Assembly: GCA_045605175.1 (NCBI GenBank)
Contig: JAZUPL010000035.1
Span: 1 to 63,600 of the forward strand
From: Eubacteriales bacterium
GTDB taxonomy: Bacteria > Bacillota > Clostridia > Oscillospirales > CAG-272
Direction: 5' to 3'
Length of the DNA: 63,600 nucleotides
Shown one piece after another: positions 57,021 through 63,600 of this stretch. The position numbers and the translations under genes were made by a program. Below the pieces are notes generated by a model. That model saw only the letters and a program-made list of their open reading frames with translations. It did not search any database and was not told the origin of the DNA. Each line of letters begins with the position of its first letter. Position 1 is the first letter of the stretch.

Positions 57021-57173
57021 GTACAAATAATACATATTTTGAAAATGAAAACTGTATAATAATACAAAATTAAACTCGCTCTATAAAAAAGACTCGTTTA
57101 TTCATACTTTGGACATAATTATCTGTTAGAATATTCGACGCTTTATATATGTATATGTTTTTTGGAGGTCAAA

Positions 57174-57518
57174 ATGGTTTTCGAAAATCTAAGAGTCAGA
57201 CATAAAAAATTTGGAGTTGGAGTTGTCCTTGCAAAGCAGGGGAAATATCTTATAGTTCGCTTTGACGAATGCACGAAAAACTTCGTGTATCCCGATGCGT
57301 TTGAGAAGTTCCTTACACTTGAGGACGGCACAGTGCCCGAACAGATTTTAGTCGATCTCGAGGTGTCAAAGGGCATCAAGGCTCAAATCGAAGAGGAGAG
57401 AAACAACGAGCGTATCCATTCGATGACACACGGCATAGTTATCCCGGGCAAGGAGATGGCTAATGAGGGCGAGGACGAGGACAGCCACCTTAAGGTTAGC
57501 GACGTTGAGGAGTTCTGA
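57174..57518 (+). CDS. Small protein with UvrD/PcrA C-terminal Tudor-like motif and acidic tail
   Basis: RVRHKKFGVGVVLAKQGKYLIVRFD resembles the SH3/Tudor-like C-terminal module of UvrD-type helicases. GGAGG RBS upstream. Confidence 0.55.
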   Translation: MVFENLRVRHKKFGVGVVLAKQGKYLIVRFDECTKNFVYPDAFEKFLTLEDGTVPEQILVDLEVSKGIKAQIEEERNNERIHSMTHGIVIPGKEMANEGEDEDSHLKVSDVEEF

Positions 57519-57577
57519 TTTGCATAAGCCCCTTGTTTAACCGTCTGAAAGGACAAAAAAACTTAAACTAAATAATA

Positions 57578-57658
57578 AAAATCCAACACAGGATTTCTAT
57601 GTGGCAAAAGAGAAATAGTAGTCTTTTGTGAGCATAGTGCCAACCCGTGTTGGATTTT
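57578..57658. terminator. Long bidirectional hairpin between convergent genes
   Basis: 14-bp stem aaaatccaacac(a)gg / cccgtgttggatttt enclosing 52 nt, with A-rich and T-rich flanks. Confidence 0.6.
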
Positions 57659-57667
57659 TATTTGTTT

Positions 57668-59737
57668 TTACTGATTTTCAAAGTAGGCTAAGATGTCAAG
57701 GGCAAGTTGTCTTGATCTCTTTTTTGCCGCCTCGCTTGTCAGGTGGTAAATAGAATCATAGTATTCGTTGTATTCAAAGAAGTAGTCATTTGGATCAGAA
57801 ATAAAGGGACAATCTAACCTCTCTTTCATCGACTGTGTGTAGCCATCTACCGTTTCTTTTGTACCACCGTATGTATGTTTGTATATCGGAGCACAGGAGA
57901 AAAGGTAGGTTATGTTTTTTCCTTCTACAATTTCGATGATTTGGTTTATCCTTGCTATTCTCTCGTCGCTTACCGTGTATCTATGCACGCTTATATCAGA
58001 ACTCCATATCTGATTAACATAAGAACGCGACATTTTAATATCACAGTTGCCCTCGGTGAGAGTGGAGTTTCTTTGATAATAGGTTGAGGGCTTCAAGAGC
58101 GCTCTTGCCTCGGTGCTTGTGTTGAATTCGGAGAAGGAAGAGAAGAAATGCGTGTATTTTGAGAAATCTACATATCTAAAGATATTGTAGCAGGACTCGG
58201 TTGCCCTGTATGTGCGCCAAAATAGTTTGTAGTCGCCCATTTGAACATTGTCGTATTCGGGGACGGATATAATTATATCACCCTCTCGCATAAAAGATGA
58301 CAGCGCCTCGATGTAAAGCATACCCGTGCCGCCTGCATTTGTCCCACAGTTGACTACGTGATATTTGTAATCGAGCATTTCTTCTATAAAAGGACTATCA
58401 AAACCGTATAGACAACTTGATCCACCGACAAGAAGAATCAGCGGCTTGTTGTCACGGCGTGAGAGCAAAACTTCAAATCTGCTTGCAATACTCTCGGCGT
58501 TATTTACGAACACGGGGCCTCGTCCTGCATTAAGCCTGAGGTTTGAAAAAGCCTTGCAATCCGAAAAGGCGTCATCGGGAATAGATGTAAAGGTGTCGTA
58601 AATATACAGGGTGTTGAAGTATTTGCAGTCAATAAATGCTGCCGAGTCTATTGTTCTTATACTTGGGGGAAGAACGAGCGAGTAAAAACTCTTGTTTACA
58701 AAGGCGGCTCTTGATATTTTGGTTACAGGCACGCCAGAGATGCTTTCAGGAATAGAAACAGTATCGTCGTCACCGTTGTAAGCGGTAATTGTAACCTGAT
58801 TGTTGGATATAGAGTAGGAAAAATCCTCCTCGCTCGTCCACTTGGACCATTGACAATAGATCTCAAGCAGACCTGTTTTAGGAATAGAGGTAAGTCCACC
58901 TGGGTTTATAGCCTCGCCTCTACCATCAGGGCTTGTGTTGTATTCGATCAGGGTATAACCCTCTCGGTAGAATGTTCCATCATTTGCGAGCAGATTGGGG
59001 CAGGGCTTTACCGAGGTGTTGAACTGGGTTATTATAGTGTCGGTGACATTATCGCCGGCAAGCACGCCACCATTTAGGTTATACTTTATAATTGCATAGC
59101 CTTCCTCCAAAAAGTTGGGGTAGAGAACAACGTCCTCTGTGGGCTTGAATGCGTATGTACGGCTATAAGAGAGCATTTTTCCGCCGTTTACTACTGTTTC
59201 ACCAGCACTCCATCCGAGGAATGTAGCATTTTCCTTCGGTGTAGCGGAAATAATTATCGACTGATTTGCGCTTACCTGCCCAGGTTGTTTGTTGCACTCT
59301 ACCGTACCACTATCCAAAGAGGGAATAACATAGTCAAAGGAGTAGTAGGCGGTAGTAAGTTTTGAAGATATTTTTGCCGTCGTGTCGGCACTTGGCGTGC
59401 GAACAGTAACGTAGCCGTCGTAATATTTTCCGTTTTCTATTTGGGAAAAGGCATAATTCTCCTTGAAAACCACCTCGAAAATTGCGTCCTCGCCGTCATC
59501 CACAAACACGGGATTTTGCGAAACCACGACACAGTTTTCATCGTGCTCGAGCAACACCTTTATTTTTATTTCAGAATCCCCTGACGGTGGCAAAGTACCC
59601 TCAAAGCCACCAAGAAAGGCATCCTTGCTGGGCGAGTTCAAGGTTTCATCTATATAGATGCCTGCAAAAATCACAGAGCCGATAATTATCACAAAAAAGA
59701 GAACAAGACCAATGATTTTAGATATTATACCTTTCAT
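57668..59737 (-). CDS. N-terminally anchored surface protein: InlB B-repeats + BspA-type LRR + C-terminal SGNH/DltD-like domain (tentative)
   Basis: TM IIGLVLFFVIIIGSVIFAGIY. FLGWSAG.. and GYTLIEYNT B-repeat signatures. LRR_5 units. C-terminal VGGSSCLYG ... DSIYHLT. Confidence 0.7.
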   Translation of the reverse strand: MKGIISKIIGLVLFFVIIIGSVIFAGIYIDETLNSPSKDAFLGGFEGTLPPSGDSEIKIKVLLEHDENCVVVSQNPVFVDDGEDAIFEVVFKENYAFSQIENGKYYDGYVTVRTPSADTTAKISSKLTTAYYSFDYVIPSLDSGTVECNKQPGQVSANQSIIISATPKENATFLGWSAGETVVNGGKMLSYSRTYAFKPTEDVVLYPNFLEEGYAIIKYNLNGGVLAGDNVTDTIITQFNTSVKPCPNLLANDGTFYREGYTLIEYNTSPDGRGEAINPGGLTSIPKTGLLEIYCQWSKWTSEEDFSYSISNNQVTITAYNGDDDTVSIPESISGVPVTKISRAAFVNKSFYSLVLPPSIRTIDSAAFIDCKYFNTLYIYDTFTSIPDDAFSDCKAFSNLRLNAGRGPVFVNNAESIASRFEVLLSRRDNKPLILLVGGSSCLYGFDSPFIEEMLDYKYHVVNCGTNAGGTGMLYIEALSSFMREGDIIISVPEYDNVQMGDYKLFWRTYRATESCYNIFRYVDFSKYTHFFSSFSEFNTSTEARALLKPSTYYQRNSTLTEGNCDIKMSRSYVNQIWSSDISVHRYTVSDERIARINQIIEIVEGKNITYLFSCAPIYKHTYGGTKETVDGYTQSMKERLDCPFISDPNDYFFEYNEYYDSIYHLTSEAAKKRSRQLALDILAYFENQ

Positions 59738-60011
59738 GCGGCACTCCTTTGTATTTATTTAAGATAATTTTATCATATAATTTCGCTTTATTCAAGTGTA
59801 AAACAGGCAGATGTTTTATATTTCTTACATTGCTTTGTTCACTTCTAATAAAAGAGGCGTGTAATTCTTGTATATCTTAATAAATGCAATTTATATATAG
59901 TTACAATTTTTATAAAACTTGACATTTATATTTTATTATTATATAATTAGTTAGGTAATATAAAAAGGGAATTTTTCCCTTGTTAATTAATAAATCCCCC
60001 CTGGAGAAACT

Positions 60012-61463
60012 ATGGATACAAATTTAGTTTTAGGCTACCTATCCGGCATTGGATACGGTGGTGCTTGCCTGCTTTTTTCACTTTTGCTCTATAAACTTGG
60101 CGTGCCAAAAAGAATAACACGCAAGGTTGTTCATATTCTTGTCGGCTTTGAGTGGTTTATTCTGTATCACTTTTTCGGTGCAGGGCTACACTTTTTGGCG
60201 GTTTGCATATTCTTCCTTTTGATGCTTATAGTAGCCTATTGGAAAAAGCTTATGCCGATGATTTCCTCCGACGGTGAAAATGCGCCTGGTACGGTTTACT
60301 ATGCGGTGGCAATGACGGGCGTTGCTATACTCGGCTGTTTTGTGCCTGATGTTATGCTACCCTTTGGAATAGGCATAATGTGCACCTCTGTGGGTGACGG
60401 TCTTGCGGGTTTGATAGGCGGCTCTATAATCCGATTTAACCCTAAGATTTATGGAGAGAAAACGCTGTGGGGCGCTATTGCAAATCTGCTCTTTTCCTTT
60501 GTTAGTGCCTTGGTGCTTTCTAATATTTACGGACTTGGACTTTCTTTGTGGCAGATGGTGGCACTGGCAATTTTGTCGGTGGAATTTGAGATATTTACAG
60601 GCTATGGCTTAGATAATATCACTATTACCTGGGGTGTTACTGCTCTTGCCTACGGATTTCTTCACTACGAGGGGATTGGGAACTATATCCTCCCGATTCT
60701 ACTCTCGCTCCTTGTAATAGGCTTTGCGGTGAAAAAAAAGGCGCTCACGCACCTTGGTGTGATATGCGCAGTCTTTATGGATATACTTATTTCGCTCTCG
60801 CTTGGAAATTTCGGTTTTATTATTCTCGTGTCCTTCTTCCTCGGTTCGATTATTGTAGATAAAATTAAGAAAATAGCCAAAAAGCGTGACGAGGCTAAAA
60901 AAGGTGATAGGCGAGATTTAATTCAGGTTATCGCCAACGGCTTTGTCGGTACGGTTATGGCGGTTTGCTTTGTATTTTCCCGTGGCAATATAGCCTTTGC
61001 CGTGGGATTTGTTGCGGCCTTTGCCGAGGCGTTTGGTGACACGGTGGCATCGGGCATAGGTGCTTTTGCAAAGACGGTCTATGACCCCTTCAGACTTAGA
61101 AAAACCGAGAATGGTCTTAGCGGAGGTATGTCGGTAATTGGTACGCTTGCCTCCTTGCTCGGTTGCTTTGTTATAGGATTTATTGCTTTCTTTGTTTCGG
61201 GTGGCTCGTTCGGGCTTTTTGAGGTTGTTATTGTCGGTGTATGTGCCTTTTTAGGCGTTGTATTTGACAGTTTCCTCGGCTCGTTGTTCCAGGTCAAATA
61301 TATATGCAACACCTGTGGCACTGTTACCGAAAAGACCGTGCATTGTGACAGGGAAACAACAAAGTCTTCCGGCTTTACCCCTATTGATAACGATGTTGTA
61401 AACTTCTCAAGTGGCATCTTTACCGCCACCCTTGCCGTAATTGCAGCACTTCTTTGGCTGTAA
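60012..61463 (+). CDS. Fusion membrane protein: CTP-dependent prenol (phytol/dolichol) kinase-like domain + DUF92 (VTE6/TMEM19-type prenyl-phosphate kinase) domain
   Basis: N-half: RKVVHILVG and VGDGLAGLIG...GEKTLWG (CdsA/dolichol-kinase family). C-half: RDLIQVIANG, FGDTVASGIG, GLSGGMSVIGT, DSFLGSLFQ, IDNDVVNF (DUF92). Confidence 0.75.
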   Translation: MDTNLVLGYLSGIGYGGACLLFSLLLYKLGVPKRITRKVVHILVGFEWFILYHFFGAGLHFLAVCIFFLLMLIVAYWKKLMPMISSDGENAPGTVYYAVAMTGVAILGCFVPDVMLPFGIGIMCTSVGDGLAGLIGGSIIRFNPKIYGEKTLWGAIANLLFSFVSALVLSNIYGLGLSLWQMVALAILSVEFEIFTGYGLDNITITWGVTALAYGFLHYEGIGNYILPILLSLLVIGFAVKKKALTHLGVICAVFMDILISLSLGNFGFIILVSFFLGSIIVDKIKKIAKKRDEAKKGDRRDLIQVIANGFVGTVMAVCFVFSRGNIAFAVGFVAAFAEAFGDTVASGIGAFAKTVYDPFRLRKTENGLSGGMSVIGTLASLLGCFVIGFIAFFVSGGSFGLFEVVIVGVCAFLGVVFDSFLGSLFQVKYICNTCGTVTEKTVHCDRETTKSSGFTPIDNDVVNFSSGIFTATLAVIAALLWL

Positions 61464-61485
61464 TTATATATAGAGTTAATCATTG

Positions 61486-61521
61486 ACACAGGGCTCCTTT
61501 CCGAGGGAACCCTGTGTTTTT
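61486..61521 (+). terminator. Intrinsic terminator
   Basis: acacaggg/ccctgtgt stem followed by ttttt. Confidence 0.75.
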
Positions 61522-61541
61522 CATATTATCATAATTAAAAA

Positions 61542-61565
61542 GGGCCTTCCCCGTGGGGAAGGCCC
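61542..61565 (-). terminator. GC-rich hairpin terminator for the minus-strand small ORF
   Basis: gggccttcccc/ggggaaggccc stem, with a minus-strand U-run (plus-strand aaaaa at 61537-61541). Confidence 0.7.
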
Positions 61566-61642
61566 TCTCTTTGGGTTACAAAGTGTTTAGGTTCAGGGGT
61601 AATTTTTATCAAAAGATTAAAACTTATCCCACAAACACTTTA

Positions 61643-61810
61643 TTAGTTAGATGCCACGCCTGCGCTATTGGTGGCATTGATGCCATCCTGTATTATTTCG
61701 GGCACAATGGAGGTTTCTGTTCCAGAGCCGTCAAGCGGACCGGAAGTAGAAATTACATCGAGAGAGTCTAATACAAGAAATTCAACTCGGATATTTTCAT
61801 ATTTCTTCAT
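61643..61810 (-). CDS. Small acidic peptide (55 aa), hypothetical
   Basis: MKKYENIRVEFLVLDSLDVISTSGPLDG... preceded by AAGGAGG. Lies 20 nt downstream of the beta-helix gene stop. Confidence 0.5.
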   Translation of the reverse strand: MKKYENIRVEFLVLDSLDVISTSGPLDGSGTETSIVPEIIQDGINATNSAGVASN

Positions 61811-61829
61811 AGTTTCTTTGTCCTCCTTA

Positions 61830-63600
61830 TTACTTTGTAGCCTCGCGGTATGCTTTCGCGGACTCAGCATACTTCCAGAGTCTCTCGGTAAGGTTAGCAA
61901 GAGCCTCGTCCTTTGCAAGAGCAAACTCATAGTAAGCCTTTATGTTGTATTCACCGGTGATATCAGTACCCTTAATGCTATATGTTACGGTGTCTGCCAT
62001 AGCGTAAGCGTACATCGTTACCTTAATGTAGGTACGTTCACCCTCGGTTATGATTTCGCATTCGGGAGTAAATCCGTTAACACGAATTACATACTGCTCT
62101 GCAGAGTAATTACCGTCGATATAGAAGATAAATGCAGGAGCATCACCGAGTTCCATAGCCGCAGAGTAAAGTCCTTTGATATTTTCCTTCTTCTCTACGT
62201 CTGTGTTAGGCTTAGATGTATTGTCATAGTCAGCGCCTATAATACCGTTGATTGTTGCAACAACCTGTTCGGTGTTCTCGTTGTTAGCATAGACGTATGC
62301 GCTTCTGATGTAGGAAAGGATATCCTTAATAAGGTTCTTTTCTACCTCTTTGTATTCGCCCTTAAGAATAGCGTTTGCATATTTCTCTACGGTAAGAGTG
62401 TAGGAAACAGTGCCTTCGCCGAGTTCTTCGGATGCATACTTGATTTCGAGGTTAATCTTGCGCATTGCCTGTGCTACGCCAAGAGCAACGGGAAGTTTGT
62501 AATACTGCTTTTCGCCAACAGTTACAATTTCAAGACCCTCGAAGGAGGTAATTACCTTACCGTCAAGAGTAATCATTACTATCTCGCCGGTAGCGGGAAC
62601 GTAAACATTGTACTGAATGTTGGAGTAAAGAGTAAGGTTAGACATGGGATTGAAGCGACTGGTGTCAACTACAACCTGCTTCTCTACGATAACAATCTTG
62701 TCGCCGTCTGCCTTGATTTCATAACCCTCAGCAACATTAACATTGCTTGCAGTGAACTTGCCATCAGTGAAGGTGTTGCCGTAGTTAGTGAAGGTACAAC
62801 CAGCACCGACTGTAATAGCCTTTGTAGGATCATAATCGGTAAGAGTGTCGAAATAGTTGTTGTAACTCAAGGCTGAATTCGAGAATATGTCATCGCCGTT
62901 AAGAATATAACCATCGAAGGAGCAATTCTTAAAGCTTACAGTACCGAAATAATGGTTAGTTATGCCGGAATTTGTAAAGAAGTTGCTCGAACCGTTGCTT
63001 GCAGTGAAGCTTGTATCTATTATTGTGATGGTGGATTCGGTTGAGAATACGCCCCACAGGTTATTGCGGGAAATAATTTCTGTTCCCGTTACAGTACAAC
63101 CTTCAATTTTTGCATTAAGTTTTGCCACATGAGGATCGTTAACATTAAGTCTAAGAATACCATCTTTAGCAGAGTTGATGTTGCAGTAGAGGAACTCTAC
63201 GGTAATATCCAGAGTATTATATTCAATGTTCACGATTTGCTGTGCACTGTTTTCAACAGGAGATGTTATAGTAAGGTTGCCCTTGTACTCGGTACTACCG
63301 AAAATAACAGTTCCATTGTTGTGTGTATAAATGCTATCGCAGAGAACAAGTTCACCCGCGGGAGCAGAGGAGTAAACATTGAATGTATATCCAGCCTTGT
63401 AGAGGTGAATGATCGAACCTTGTGCAACGGTCAGTTTGTGACCAGCAAGGTCAATTCTGAAAGTAACCGCAGAAACATATTCAATCCAAATGTCAGAAGC
63501 CATTACCATGTCTGCATTGAGAGTGATAAGGATTTCTTTGTTGTCATAATCAGGATTGTTATATGCACCTAAAATCTTGCGTAAATCGGTTTCTGTGTAA
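61830..63600 (-). CDS. Large secreted/surface protein with right-handed beta-helix-like repeats (5' end beyond the window)
   Basis: The frame stays open upstream of the track Met at 63509 through to position 63600. Repetitive N/T/G-rich beta-strand periodicity. Confidence 0.7.
   Translation of the reverse strand, partial: YTETDLRKILGAYNNPDYDNKEILITLNADMVMASDIWIEYVSAVTFRIDLAGHKLTVAQGSIIHLYKAGYTFNVYSSAPAGELVLCDSIYTHNNGTVIFGSTEYKGNLTITSPVENSAQQIVNIEYNTLDITVEFLYCNINSAKDGILRLNVNDPHVAKLNAKIEGCTVTGTEIISRNNLWGVFSTESTITIIDTSFTASNGSSNFFTNSGITNHYFGTVSFKNCSFDGYILNGDDIFSNSALSYNNYFDTLTDYDPTKAITVGAGCTFTNYGNTFTDGKFTASNVNVAEGYEIKADGDKIVIVEKQVVVDTSRFNPMSNLTLYSNIQYNVYVPATGEIVMITLDGKVITSFEGLEIVTVGEKQYYKLPVALGVAQAMRKINLEIKYASEELGEGTVSYTLTVEKYANAILKGEYKEVEKNLIKDILSYIRSAYVYANNENTEQVVATINGIIGADYDNTSKPNTDVEKKENIKGLYSAAMELGDAPAFIFYIDGNYSAEQYVIRVNGFTPECEIITEGERTYIKVTMYAYAMADTVTYSIKGTDITGEYNIKAYYEFALAKDEALANLTERLWKYAESAKAYREATK

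Noticed and set aside
61668-62876. 402-aa plus-strand ORF
   Set aside because: It is antisense to the beta-helix protein gene, which continues open to the window edge. It has low-complexity V/C/L-rich composition and no RBS.

Overview
This is a 63.6-kb chromosomal segment from an anaerobic, endospore-lineage Firmicute (Clostridia-like). Supporting marks are spoIIR, an electron-bifurcating-type [FeFe]-hydrogenase operon, a T-box leader, ECF and Pot transporters, and BspA-type LRR / InlB-B-repeat surface proteins. All family calls come from reading motifs in the supplied translations and DNA. No database search was run.

I support about 52 protein genes, one tRNA-Ser(CGA), two cis-regulatory RNAs, many intrinsic terminators and consensus sigma-A promoters, and several repeat families. 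The two regulatory RNAs are a Trp T-box ahead of a stand-alone trpB and a guanine-class purine riboswitch.

Most genes are housekeeping: smpB, sbcCD, ligA, potABCD, gpmI, a topoisomerase B subunit, pseudouridine synthases, AlaX and dCMP deaminase.

The loci most worth follow-up are:
1. A purine riboswitch with ON-type architecture in front of a deoxyribonucleotidase-guanylate kinase fusion, beside a tRNA-Ser and a 5'-truncated metalloprotease.
2. A 1591-aa membrane-anchored MBG/beta-helix surface protein whose cytoplasmic tail is a ribosomal uL15 C-terminal-domain homolog.
3. A hydrogenase operon in which six regulatory genes sit between hydC and hydB/hydA: a PAS-less HydS-like sensor, two GHKL ATPases, two DRTGG proteins and a PHP phosphoesterase.
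4. An AT-rich XRE + SLOG (YpsA-like) two-gene cassette bracketed by direct copies of a 34-35-nt hairpin.
5. A 227-bp MITE-like or structured element present in at least two copies.
6. A VTE5-VTE6-type prenol kinase fusion, a catalytically degenerate biotin-ligase paralog, and several unexplained short tandem or palindromic arrays.
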